Source of the DNA: Paraspadella gotoi
Lineage: Eukaryota > Animalia > Chaetognatha
Assembly (NCBI GenBank): GCA_051294375.1
Contig: CM119263.1
Location: forward strand, 17,570,628-17,634,627
DNA: 64,000 nt
Direction of reading: 5' to 3'
The notes under the pieces were generated by a model. That model did not search any database. It had not been told where the DNA came from and worked only from the letters and a program-made list of their open reading frames with translations. This document shows, piece after piece, positions 45,196 to 58,800 of the stretch (position 1 is its first letter; the number at the start of each line of letters is the position of its first letter). A program made the translations under genes and the position numbers.

Positions 45196-45597
45196 TTCCT
45201 AAGTTTTAAAACATATTTCGATAAGTCGATTCTATGAGTAAATTAAATAAAAATCGTTCTCATAAGGACGATAGTCGATCTGGCGATATGCACCCTTACT
45301 GGGGGTTAGTCAAATCGTTTGGGTTTTCTTTCTTAAAGGTGGTTCAAAGAGGGACCAAAAGAGACGGTAACGTCGGAAAGTTTAGATTTAAAGTCGTTAG
45401 TAAGAGGCTTGATCGTCGACGAAAGTGAACACTAAAGAGTTGGTCAAAGGGAGGTTACGGGGAGGTAATTTAGTCAACCGAATTGTGGCGAAAGGTTCAA
45501 GAAGGCAAACGCGTGATTGAAACCATTTGAGTGGGGGAATTAAAGTTATAACTATAAGCGACTATTTCCTTTATCAAATTCGTACTACCAATTTGAA

Positions 45598-45775
45598 AAT
45601 TATCCATTCATTTAATAAATAAACTATTTGCCCCTGACTTTGGACACTGGACAGGCTGAGGTGGGTTGAGAGCTGCATCGCTGCATCGCTCTAACATAGC
45701 ATGGCCCTGCAAACTTTTATTCAAGACTCATTCACAGTCTCGGTCATCACTCCTAGAGTACCTGGTTTCCCTATC
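45598..45775 (+). repeat. Interspersed repeat family A, copy 3 (diverged)
   Basis: Shares aattatccattcatttaataaataa..ccctgactttggaca..tcaagactc..cacagtctcg..agagtacctgg. Confidence 0.75.
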
Positions 45776-45989
45776 TAATTGAATAGTAATAGAACAGGGA
45801 ATACTATATTGTACTTAGCTCTCTCAGTTTCGATCGTACCATTTTTTTCGTCGGGGAACTTCAACGCGGCTGGATAGTTCCCTCTCCTAACGACTTACTT
45901 CTAACATATTCCTATTTCTCCCTCAATTATTGAAAGTTCCGCCCACTCTTTGTGCCGATCTCCGGGTCTCCCTCACGCACCCGAATATA

Positions 45990-46000
45990 TCTATAAAAGG
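45990..46000 (+). promoter_or_regulatory. Candidate TATA box of Cys-rich/VWA gene 1
   Basis: ctataaaagg, about 30 nt upstream of a putative non-coding first exon ending at the strong donor cag|gtaagc (46098/46099). Confidence 0.5.
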
Positions 46001-46174
46001 AGGGTCGCCGAAATTATCGCCAATTTTATTTCATTCCGATTTGTCTACGACTGACTATCGTCGTAATAAAAATAATTTAGCTCAACATTGCCTTACAGGT
46101 AAGCTAAGAGTTAATAATTTCATAATTATTATCATTATGATTATTGATTATCTTTTAAGGTTAATTTCCAAGAG

Positions 46175-47763
46175 ATGAAGATGCGGGGTGTCTTCTTAGT
46201 CGTCGCATTCATCATTGCCATAAGCACGCTGACGGAAGCGAGAGGAGCTTTACTAGGTAAAGTGTGTGAGAAATAAAATCGTGAAATGGGAAAATATTAG
46301 AATTTAGCTCTTGTATTTTCTGTAATTTATGGTGATTGTTACGTTTTCAACATAGATATCGGTCATCTCAAAGAAATGGTGAAGAAATACGTAAACGTCC
46401 GGGATGATGCAAAATCATCCAACCTTCATTCTTTCAAGAGGGAACAACAGGCAATTGAAGAAAAAAGAAAGAAAGAGAAAAAGAAAGAAAGAAAAAAGAA
46501 AGAAAGAAAGAAAGAAAACAAGAAAGAATGCAAGAAAGAAATACAAACTAATAAATTAATCATTTATGAAGAATCTAGGAAACTTAGTTTGAAAAGAAAC
46601 GAGACTGATAAAAAGCAAAAAAAAACAAAACGATTCTATAATCTATAGAATCGTTTTTTATATAGTATATAGTATAGTATAGTATAGTATAGAGTATATA
46701 GTATATAGTAAGCGTAGTAAAATTTCTAAATTTAACTTTAATTAAAATTCTAAAAGTGAGGAACGAACAATATATACTAATGAACATTTATGTAATAAAA
46801 AAATTTATAATAAATTTTACAATTTACGCAGTAGGCTATATTTATACTAGTACTAAACCAATAAATGTAAAATTTCAAAACAGTTTTGTCTAAAAATTTT
46901 TGCAGATTTGGATTCGTCATAAAAAGTTAATAAAAAGAAATATAACTCTCTTTGAAAAATTCCTTCATTAAATGGGTCAAAAAATTTATAAAGCTATATT
47001 TTAAGCTGAAATTACATTTTTTATATATTAAATATAATTTTTTTAATTTTTAACCCACTTAATGAAAGAATTTTTAAAAATGATTTATATTTTCTTTTAT
47101 CAACTTTTGAGGAGGAATTCAAATCTGCAATCAAAATTAAGAAAGCCTATTTTGAAATTTTTCGATTTTATAAGGATAGTACTATAAAAGTCTATATATA
47201 AATATAGCATACTGCAAAAATTATAAACCATAAAATTAAATTTTTTTTATAAATTAATGTTCACTGATGGTATTTGTTCTTAATTGACTTTTAGAATTTT
47301 CGTATGTAACTTCCAACTACGCCTTAGTATATAGTATAGAGCGACGTTCATTCTTCCAGTTATTTTAAGTTGCGCCGCGAGTACTCGCGGTGTAATTCTC
47401 TAAGCACTTTTCGCTCGGTCGGTTTGTCCGTTGGTCTGTCCTACGTACGTTTTCAGAGCTCATAACTCAGGTAATACTTCATAGAAAAAGTTCATAATTC
47501 ATAATTCATTGACTTCAGGACCTGATCGATCTGGGAGACTCAAGGCACGCGAGCTGAAGCCCTGCCCGTCTTGCGGCCATCCGGCGTCCCTACTGATCTC
47601 TGCGAGTTCGGCTACAAGCCTATCATCAACGCCTCCAAAGATGGAAGTTGCGGCTGCGTCCAGAGCTACGAGTGCTGTCCGGAAAAGTGCGGGGCGGCCA
47701 AGGACGAAGATAAATGCTGAGCTGAGGGAGAAGGTGAAATGAATCAATGAGAGTTAGACAGAC

Positions 47764-47837
<74 letters not shown>

Positions 47838-50800
47838 AGAAAAGAGAGAGAGAGATATTCATAAAATGGTCTTCCCTCCCGTAATCGACAGGAAAACCCG
47901 CTACCCTATCCGGTCGCGCAATTGCTGCGGCTGCGAAGAGATCCTCTGCCCCCTCTGCCCCAGCACGAAGGGCTTTAACTGCAGCAACCCATGCGACGAG
48001 CCGCACTTCAGACCTGACCCCACCACCAAGTGTCCCGTGGGAATTTGCCGCAGAGTCCCTAAACCCAACTATACCGAACCGGTAACAAAAAAATATTATG
48101 TCTAAAATATCTTGATAAGATTTAAGATAATTGGATCAAACATTTTCTAACACATTTTATTTAGAGGACAAATATTCTCTAAAAAGAAACTTCCCCCTGT
48201 AGAATTGCAGCAAATGCAAGCACGCCGTCCAGACGTCGGACAAATGCGGCTTCCACAAGAAGGTGTGCATGTGCAAAGAGATCCCGGACTGCGAACCTCC
48301 ACGCCCGCCGGAGGTGGAGTGTCACTCCATCGCAAAGGTTTTCTTGGACGCGTGGCACTGCGCGCTCGATGGCGACACCTGCGAACAATGCTTCGGCTGG
48401 AAGTACACGTTGAATCCCGTTCACAACGTCGACGCGGAGGTGGGGAATGGAGTCCTCTAAAGCTAACCCGCAAGCTTGGATTTGCGTTGTGAATCTGTCA
48501 TTATAAATTAAGTTTCAATTTTAATTAACGTTTTCATCAAATGTTGATTCGTCAGTAATTTAAGATTTTAAAATTAAGTAAAAAAAAGAAACATAACTTT
48601 ATTAAGGAATAATCATGTTGTGGCGGTATATTCACACCGCCTCACATCCACCATCGCACTATAAGAGCTTAGGTGGATGACGGAAAATATCACAGGGCCT
48701 CGCTATCGAGCCAGAACAACTACACTATAAGAGCTTAATTGGGTGGAAAATATCAGTTTCTTAAGGAAATGATCTATGACTAATCTGATATTAGTTGCTT
48801 ATGACATTTGCCGCATAATTCCTGATATTTTTATTGAACACTAACTATTTTAATTGATTTGTCAGGCAAAATTTATTTTCAACCTTTTTTTATAGTTAAT
48901 TTATATAGAAAATAAAAATTTCGAAGATTACTGTTTGTTTATCTTATATCTCTTTTGATATTTAAAACCGAAGGAATCCGCTTTAACATAGTAAGACGAA
49001 ATATGAAAACTGACTATTAAAGTACATTTAAATGCGTTACTACTAGAACCCTAGGTAACCGAGATGTTCAAATGCAGTTTCAATATTTCAAACAATTTAA
49101 TTTGATCTTGACCTTCTACTAGAAGTTCTAGGATAAATAATTTTGATTCTCATAGAAGAAAATAAATTTTTTTTGAAAAATAATATATCGATGAAAAGCT
49201 TAAAAAAATATCTTTTAAATCCTTATATATTTATTTAAATCACTGAAGGTTTAGGTTATTTATTTTAGTCAAATATAATAAAAATGAATTTAACTTCATC
49301 TTAATTTGCATGAACTAGTCAACTGGTGAGGCCTATTTCTTTCTTAAATGGAAAAACCGCAAAAAACCGCAACAGGGGGTAATAAATGGGAAATACTCCT
49401 GACTATTAAACACCATCCAAGGTTCAATTTCGTTTAACCCTAGTTAACCCAGGACCTTAAAGATGAAAATTTGGAACTTAAAGGAAAGAAAGTACTGAGA
49501 AAATGATACTGCCATCTGCATGCCACTGTATTCCAGTATGTCGACTTTAAATCATTGAAAGAAGCATGTCAGCAGAAACCCTATGAAAAGAGCTTCCGAT
49601 AAATCGTAGAAAGAAGTAAAGATTTTTTCAAAATAACTATTTTACCTAAGGTTAAAGTCCGCCATGTCAAAAAAAAGTTAGTAAAAAATCAATTTATGTC
49701 GAAAATGACAACTTGTAAACAAAAAATCACCATGACAACAAACCAAATAGCTAAGGTCAGATATCGCGGCTCAGAACTTTAAACTTTACGAAAATCTATT
49801 GAGATCGTAGCTGTGATAAAGTTGGCCCGGGATATTTTCCGTCATCAGGTAACAGTGTGCATCGATCAGCCAATCCCTTTGGCGCAGAGGGGGAATGCAC
49901 CATCCCAAGCGTTGCGTTGCGTTGACTTCCCTCTGCGTTGACAAAGCGAGACGGTTCTAGGGTAACCGCGCCAGTGACAGGAGTCGTCACTGAGTGTCGG
50001 AAGTCCACAAAGCCAACAGTGAGATTCCCCATCCCAATGGGCATCACAGGCAACCCGGCTGTTGCCATAATGTAACTATTTATTATAGATCACAGCGAAC
50101 ACCCCTCACCCCTTTCTTTCTTCCTTCCAGTGTCTTCCCTGTCAAACCAAAAAGATCTTAACGGGCGTTTGCGGCAACTACACTCAGACCTGCGAGTGCC
50201 GGACTCCGCAAAACTGCCAACCACCGACACCCGAGGCCCCCAAGTGCCACAGGGCCGTCAAGAGGCTGAGCAAAGACACGTTCCAATGCTCAGCGGAGGG
50301 GCAATCTTGCGTTGCTTGCTACCATTGGGAGTTCGAATTAGAAAAATTAGTGGCGCAGAACGAAGTGGTTAGTTGTTCTTGTTGTTTTTCAAATTTAAGT
50401 CATTGATGATTTGGAAATCATATGCCTGCATACAGCTATGCGACGACCGATGTTACTACAAAATGCCAGAGCAACAGGATTGCGGCATCGAGTACAGTTG
50501 CATCTGCACTGGAAAGAAAAAAGGTAAAAATTGATAAAAGACTGACCGACCTACATATATTCAAACCGAGTGCAACGACAAATACACTTTACATCCATTT
50601 GCTTGCAATAAAATTATGCCGAATCATTTATTATGAAATAAAATATCTTGCTTCTATTTAAAAAATTCAAGACTTCTGCCAACCGTCTCAACCGGTAGAG
50701 CAGGAGTGTTACAAGCCGGTCAAGCAGATAATCGAAGGATCCTTTATGTGCGCCCATCTCAACGAGACAGACAAGTGCGGTCAGTGCTGGAATTGGCAAT

Positions 50801-53740
50801 GGGAAAAAAAGGCCTGCCCTCTGAAGGAAACTGTAGTAAGTACTTTAATAAGGCCCAGAGTCAAAATGGCAATATATCATCTTAAACTTTCTTTTTAAAA
50901 AAGCTCATACTGTTTTTACTATTTTCATGACTAACGTCTCCACGAAGGGGAATCACTTTCAAGTCCGTCTTTACCACTTTATTTCCTCTCTTTCGAGGGC
51001 CATCCCATTGATGGTTTAATCTTTTATACTTCTGTCCATCCCTTTATCATTTACTAAATTTACTGCAAGTCGCAATATTTTCCCCGAATTCCCTAACTTC
51101 GGCCTCGTTTTACTCATTCAGCCCTGTAAAGCTATGTGCGAACGATCCGTTCGCCGACACCTCGGTTGTGGCTGTTACACCGACGTTTGCGTCCCGACCA
51201 AGATTCCCGACTGCCAACCCGACAAGAAGGCAGAGGACAAATGTTACACGAATTGGGAGAAGGTATTTCAAGGATGGATCTTTTTTTAAAAAATCGAATC
51301 GCTTCGAATTTAACCACCCTTGCGACTTTAGAAATATCGCAACCTTTACACGAGGGATGACGTCAGCAGAGAGTGTCGACAGTGTTTCAATTGGACGAGA
51401 AAGCACAGGTACATAACTATATTTAGCGGAAACACTTGAAATATGCGTCTTTTCGTTTTTTTTAATTTTCTACAATTTTGTCCTGCAGGGATTTCCCAGA
51501 AAATAACCTCTGCGCATTCCACCATCTGCCTCAAGAGTGCATGTCGGAGTGGAGAGAAAAAGGCGACTGCGGTCAGATCATCACAAACTGTCGGAAGAAC
51601 GCGGAGAGATGCGTGGAGACCTTCGATAACTGCCCGGCTGGAATGGAGGTGTGAAAGTGGGAATCGCAGTTACGATTATTTGTTATGATTCATATATTGA
51701 TTCAATTTTCGCCACAAGCTCGTCTCGATGACCTCGAGCTGTGGAAATGGGCGCGACGCCTGCGTGGATTGCGTTCGAGAGTTCAGCTCCAAGGAGTTAC
51801 AGAAGGAATGGCCTGACCAGTGCTACGAAAACAAAATTGTCAAATTCCTGAGCAAATGCGATTTCAACGTGTGAGTGATCTTTGTATATCGACTCATACG
51901 AAGAAGCTGCAATATCTGTCATTTTCATTCTTGCAAATGAGGTGTTTTTATTCATATCAAGTCAATCATACAGATACATACATACAAATTTACACAATAA
52001 CAACAATTATCACCGTAAATAATAAAATAAAATAATCATGACGACAAATTATACCATTCAGACACGTTAAAAAAGATTGTCCGGTGACGAAATTGGCGAC
52101 CGGATCTTGCAAAATCCCGGGACAAAAACGAAGACTATTTTTCGACGAATGCAACTGTCCTCACCTCAAGTGCAGCGGTAAGTTGTAAGAGGGCTTTCCG
52201 CGGCGAACCCACCCAAGGCTGTTGCATAAACTCCACGACTGTGTTCCCTTTCCAAGGATGCGATCGAACCAAAAAACTCGATATCCAAATCCTGATCGAC
52301 TCCTCGCAATCAGTAAAGGAGAATCACTGGAACGACCTGAGGGACACGTTGAAGGTCTACTTCGTGGACAGCATCATGACGGGAGAATCAGCCATGGCGT
52401 TCGCTAAATTCGGAAAAGACTACAAGATCCTTCAGTGAGTTTAGCTTGATGAGAATCATCCAATACATGGCCTAATATCCAAACCGCCATTAGTTAACGC
52501 CCTAGGTTGACTTCATTCATCTAGATATACATTAAGGTGGGCCAAAATTGAACACTTTTTATAACTTCTAGTTTTTTCCTTCTACTACGAAATCGATTTT
52601 CAATGCAACTTTTTGAATTTGTTCATTGGGTTGTTGCACTGAAGCTTTTAAATATTTATTAATATATAACAAATGACAAAAAAATGTTTTAATTTATTTT
52701 TTAAGAACGGATTCCTAAAAAAAGTTAAAATAAAAGTCAGTACTAAATTTTTTTAAAACCTTGACAATAAATTGTTTAAAAACATCTTAAAAAATCATCA
52801 TCAACATCATCATTGGCTGAATTTTATCGTTTTTTAAAATTTTCACCAATAAAACAAAAAAAATTAAAAGTTTTAAAGCTCTATCAGATCTATTCAAAAA
52901 AATTTAAAATTTTTTTAAAAATTTTAAACTTTATATAAAACTTTATTAAAATAATTTATTTCGTAAAAGAATCGTCGATACCCCTTAGGACTTTGAGCTT
53001 CGACTTGAAGGGCGAGGACCTGGACTCGGCCAAGTACGAATACGAAAACATGCGATTCACGTTTACCGGGGAGGCGTTAGAGGGCGTGTTCCATTCTTTT
53101 GATAAGTTGGCCAGATGGAATCAAACTGACGTTCATCAGGTAATTCGACGATCGATACCTTTTTTACCTTTTATAACTTCATACTTAGAATCTACAGTAG
53201 TTAGATGGATCAGCGAGTTTCTCCACTTGCTTTGTAATAAGTACTCCATATTGCATAACCATTAACCAACCCAGTTTCAGGGTGGCCTCATTTTTTTTGC
53301 ACTGTATTAAAATTTTTGTTAGAAAAGAAAGAAAAAAAAAACTGTAGACGTTAATAATAATAATTAATTAATAATAATAATTACCGTTAATAATTTACTG
53401 CGTCCCTAATATTCCAGATTCTTGTTGTGATCACTGACGGACGAACCAATGGAAATGTCGACGTCGGCGAAGCTGCTAAACTCTGGAAAGAAGCCGGTGT
53501 TGAGGTCTACGCCCTGGGTTACGCCGGTCCTGACGAAGAAGGTAACTTGCATTTTATTGAAAAATCATTTTGATGTATTTGAATTATAATGAAACGGTTA
53601 ATAATATAATAATAATATAATTAACAGGACTCAAGCTAATCACGGACAACTACAAGATGCTCAGTGACATCAACGAACTGAACAAAGAGATCAAGCAAAA
53701 CTTGGTGCCCGAAATATGTGGCTATCCCAACGACGGCTAA
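46175..53740 (+). CDS. Secreted cysteine-rich repeat protein with C-terminal VWA domain (paralog 1; one exon frameshifted as assembled)
   Basis: Signal peptide MKMRGVFLVVAFIIAISTLTEA. Approximate exons: 46175-46256, 46356-46450, 47519-47733, 47892-48081, 48203-48439, 50131-50365, 50436-50523, 50672-50836, 51122-51262, 51332-51408, 51489-51648, 51719-51870, 52062-52177, 52257-52434 (LDIQILIDSSQSV, MIDAS DxSxS), about 52990-53139 (FTGEAL), 53419-53541 (ILVVITDG..AGVEVYALG), 53629-53740 (stop). Exon 47519-47733 has indels and a TGA. Confidence 0.8.
46710..47325. mobile_element. Old AT-rich foldback element/MITE (about 280-bp imperfect arms)
   Basis: aaaattctaaaagt..gcagtaggctatattta..tgcagatttggattc..ttcattaaatgggt on the left mirrors acccacttaatgaa..gaattcaaatctgca..taaatatagcatactgc..acttttagaatttt on the right. 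Confidence 0.65.
47363..47470 (-). mobile_element. HINE/DINE-1-like element end, copy 2
   Basis: ttaagttgcgccgcgagtactcgcgg..cggtcggtttgtccgttggtctgtcc, the reverse complement of the 37503-37707 end. Confidence 0.6.
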
Positions 53741-55483
53741 GCTCGTTCCAAGTCCACCAAAAAAAATGGGAATAATTGAAAACAGGGGAACAGTCATTTG
53801 CAATCTTTGTTCCAGAATAACCTTCGTTACCCTAGTAACACACGCAGTAGTAATTGTCGTAAAGACGCTATCTTTATGTCGGAGTTTGGTGATTTGTTGT
53901 TCTTACATCCCAAGACTAAAAATTAAATTTTGAAATCTTAGGCATATTCATATTATAGTAGTTTGTACGTTAATGTAAAATTCAACGTTAAAAACAATGA
54001 GCTTCAAATTCAATAAAAAGGAGCGGCGTTAGTAAATCAAAGCGCCTTACCTTCTTAACGCCCCTTACTTAACTCTATTAGTAATCGGAATGAATGTAGG
54101 GAAGGAAGAGACGAGAGCCAAAAAAAAAAAAAAAAAAACATTCTAGATAAATGGTAGAATGAAATATTTACGATTAGTCGCATGATTGCTCAATAGTTTT
54201 TGCTCGTTCGTTTTATAAAGCTAATTATCGAATAGAAACGTAAACGAGGACGACATTTTTTACGAACAAGGAAAAAAATCGTACCAGTGATCTTATAACG
54301 ATTATTAGAGGAACAGGTTTGAAAGAAAATAATTAAACATATAAAATAGAAACGAAGGGAAAACGATAGAGATTGAAGAATACAGTGCCTTCGATGATAT
54401 ACAGTCATGTGCAAAAAAACGCGCCACTTTATATCAGACATTTTTTTAAAAATAAATTAGTTCATAGCAAAGCTGAACGAAAGAAAAATTTTAATTAATT
54501 TAGGATTAATCTTATTTCTTTTAATATTTTGTATTTTATGTAAAATTACTTTTATATTAGCTCAAACAAAATGAGGTGTCAAATAATTTTTAAAAAATAT
54601 AAAAAATTAAGCTTTTAAGGATAAGATACGCGTAGGTTAATTTATTGCTCATTTATATTTTTCAAAATAATTATCAGAAATAATACTGATAAATACCCTC
54701 ATACTATAAGGTTTTGTTAATAAAATAAAATACAAGTAAAGTTTTTGTTCCTTAAAAAAATATACTCATCTAACTAAAATGTTAAGGAAGCAAAGAGTTT
54801 GGGCAGCTGTGTTTATGACAGGGGGAACATTAAGCTACAGTTGTGTATGTGCAACTATGCGGTGTACTTACTAGTTTTACCTCTTCTAAATATACCTGGA
54901 TAATGTTTTAGGGGCTGACCTGATTATATTAGCATGTTACTTTTAAAGTAAGATTACTAAGAAGAGAAATGGGTATCTCGTTGATTTCCTAGAGAGGAGG
55001 GTCACTCCATTAAAAAAAGAATACCCCGGAAAAAACCTATAAAGGATATAAATAACTGTCATTTTAAACCCCCGAGTTAAATCCACGAGCTTGCTGCATC
55101 AGGACCGCAATTTCGTTTCCTGACTAACGTCGGCAGTTTGTATCAGAGTCGCCCAAATTGTCCGATTCATTGGATCGTGATTAACGAACGAGCTCATTGA
55201 ACGCAGAACGCACAATGGCTTTTGGTCGGGGAGGAGTCGGAAGAAAGCCAAGCAGGAGAGAATTTACAGTTTCTCCCGCCTTCGTTTGTTGCGATTTATG
55301 GAGTTTGGGGGGAACGAGAGGGTTTAAAAAGAGGGATGTTGGGAATCCGGAATTGTCTGTACCTTCCGCGGATTCGTTGACAAATTGGCGAGTCCGAGAA
55401 AACTGAATTAAGCCTAAACTTTATAAGTAAGTATATTATATATTATATATATATATTATTTATATTTATAATTAAGTATATTT

Positions 55484-55580
<97 letters not shown>

Positions 55581-55816
55581 TTCGCTCTGCTATATTTCAC
55601 CAATCACCAATCACCTAGATGAATGAGAGATTTAATTTTAACGTTTAAATTTTTTTTCTCCCAGCGGTGATTAAAAGAACATTAAATTGCGGTTGGTGCC
55701 GCTAGAGTACGTAAGTTTCCTATCACGTAATACAACGAATACGGAATAAACAGTTTTTTTAATCAGCGCCAATATTTTATCGTGTATCTGTTCTTGATAA
55801 TCAGGAGAAGGTCACC

Positions 55817-58800
55817 ATGAAGATCGCGACGTTTCTGGCGGCCTTCGCCAGTCTCTTTTGGCTCGATCGCGCTGACCCAGGTTCGTGTGTTTAGGCTTAA
55901 CAGTAAGAAATGTAATATTAGTGAAAAGAGTATATATCAGATTTCACGAGACTTCCGTTTTAACAAGTAATATCAGTTACATAATTCATCCAGTGTCGGA
56001 CCTCGTCTCCGAAGCGGAAGCACATGATAGACATGAGTTTCACGTCTTTAAGAAAGAAGTGCAGGTAATTAATGAGACAGAGAGAGAGAGAGATAATTTA
56101 TGAATAAATATCAATAAGTTTAAAAACACCTAATTATCAGATCGAAGCTAATCGTTTATTAACCCGCTATCCGTCAGGACAAAATCGACGACAGAGAGTT
56201 CAGCGAACGCGGAATACAACGTTGTCACAACTGTCCGACGCACCCTACGGTCCCAAAATTTCCATGCGAGTACGGATACCGACCGCTCATAGTCCATGAA
56301 GGAAAGCCGTGCGCTTGCGTCAAGGAGTACGAGTGCTGCCCCCGAGTTTGTCCGAAGCTGAATAAGAAAGAATTGGCCAAGTGTCACTGGGTCAACGGAA
56401 TTAAGAAATTCGGTAATTTATACTTCATAAATGTAGAGAGGCCATCGATGAAAAAAAAAGAAAAGGCTTCAATCACCGTCTCTTCGGTCCGAATTTAAGG
56501 GGTCTACTACGGCTACATCACTCGGGACTGCTGCCAGTGCCAGATCGTCGTGTGCCACGAGTGCCCGAAAGAAGATGAATTTAAGTGTGAAAACGAGTGC
56601 GACTATCCGATCTCCAGGCCCGATCCTTACACCAAATGCCTCAAGAAAGTCTGCGTGAAAAAACCAAAACCAACGGCCACGCCCAGTCCGGTAAGCGAAA
56701 CGAAAGCGATGAAAAGGCTTGGTCAAACCTTGCGGTCATCAAATAATCTTTTAACGCGTAATAATTTAAAATTGATAATATTCATAAAGCAAACAAACTT
56801 ATTCAATATTCATTCCTAAAAATGATGATTTAACCCTTTATGGTGGACTAAAATCCACCAACCGTTCATCAGTGGCCATTAGTGCCGGAGGCAAGTCAAT
56901 CGCCTCCCAACCCAAAGGTCCGGGGTTCTAACCCGGTGGCCGCCTTGCTGTTAAGAGGGACGGGGCGCTTAACCCGCCTGTAACACGGTGTTACAGCCTG
57001 ATCCGAAGCTCAGGGACTGCTTATATTGAACGGTTCTGTCATTAACACTTAACAATAAGTACTGCCTCTTCACCTTCTATTTTTTTTTCTATGATGACGC
57101 AGGATCAATTCGAGGCATGTAAAAAACAATACAGACATTGCCATCATTCAGTGCAAGTCACTGATAATTGCGGATATCATAGTACGGAGTGTCGTTGCAA
57201 CAATATTACCGATTGCAGACCTGAATTGAGCGAAAACACTGAATGTCAGGTGAATCGAAACCCGGCTACAAAGAATTTATTTTAACTCCTCACTCTTCTA
57301 TAATAAATACGACTATTTATTTCTACAATAAATTTCAGTACGTAACGAAAGAGTGGCAGCCTGCATGGAGGTGCCGCGAAAACAGTCACAAATGCGAACG
57401 GTGTTACCAGTACAAATACAAACCGATTAAATACGATAACGTCGTTGTAAAGGTACGTTTTAAAATATCTTTCAGACCCTTAGTACGTCTTGCTCATTAG
57501 GTAAAACAACCCCCACAAAATAAAGAAATATCGTATACCGTTAAACCAAACTTTATGTTTATAATTCGTTTGACTAAATTACTACTTTTAGTGCCGTCCA
57601 TGTGAAATCAAACGAATAGAGACCGGCAAATGCGGAAATTACACAGAAAGTTGCCAATGTCACACCCCAGAGGGATGTTGGCCAAGACAACAAAAGCCAC
57701 GACATCCTGAATGCTACGACATTTCAATAGTAAAGAGCAAAGACACTTTTGGGTGAGTAAAAAGAGCTTTCTGAGAAAAAAATTAGATTTTAAATTATAA
57801 ATTACCACTTTTCAAAATTAATTGAAAAAAAAAAAAAAATAGAAAAATGAAATTCGTTATGAAAATACAGAGTTCGGACATGAATCTTAATCCTCTAATT
57901 AATCTTCCCCCACGCACAATTGTTGTACAAAATTGTTTTATTTTTTATAGCAGAAGAATCGTTAAGGATTTTTCTATCTTTTGGATTGTATTTAGTTTTG
58001 CTATGTCGAAAAAACATTAGTATGGGAAGAAACCGAAAACCGGGAGACATGTTTGCTCCGCGCCGAAATAGTTAAAAAATCTATTACATAATCTATTTAT
58101 TAAATGAATGGATAATTTTTATATTGGTTGTACCAATTTCATAAAATTCAGCTCCTTGTATTTTGATGCAAGTGCGGAGTACTATAAGTATTCCCCGATC
58201 TAATACTTAAGGGAGTGGTCTTTTCATACAATTGAAACATTCTTTGAAATATTTTCCACTTCATTGATAGGGAAGCCAGGTACTCTGGGAGTGAATAAAG
58301 GAGACTGGAGAGAGTCTTGATTGAAAGCTTGCAGGGGCCTGCTATGTCATTATCTTGTAAGAGTGATGGAGGCCTTAAACCACCAAAGCCTGTCCAAAGT
58401 CAGGGGCAAGATAGCTTATTTATTAAATGAATGGATAATTTTTATATTGGTTGTACCAATTTCATAAATATTTGCACTCCTCCTTGCTTTATGGTGGTAT
58501 TGAGAAAGTACTGTTTATGGATTTTTAAAATAAAAAATCATTACGACAAATTTTTACAGCATAAACAAATTAATACTGCATATAATAAAAATAAAAATTG
58601 AAATTTTTACCCATTTCACATCTTACTTCCTCCTTTCCTGTTCTCACTTTCACTTATCCTCACATCTGACCACTGTCCTTTACTCAATTCTTTGTTGGAA
58701 ACTCTCTCTCTCTCTCTCTCTCTCTCCGTCCGTCCGTCTGTCTGAATGTCCGTCCCACCTTTTCATTAAACTCCTATAACTCGTGATTGGATGGATGGAT

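Noticed and set aside
47718-47720. In-frame TGA as selenocysteine in the Cys-rich protein
   Set aside because: The same exon has frameshifts, the paralog has no Cys at that position, and no SECIS was recognised.
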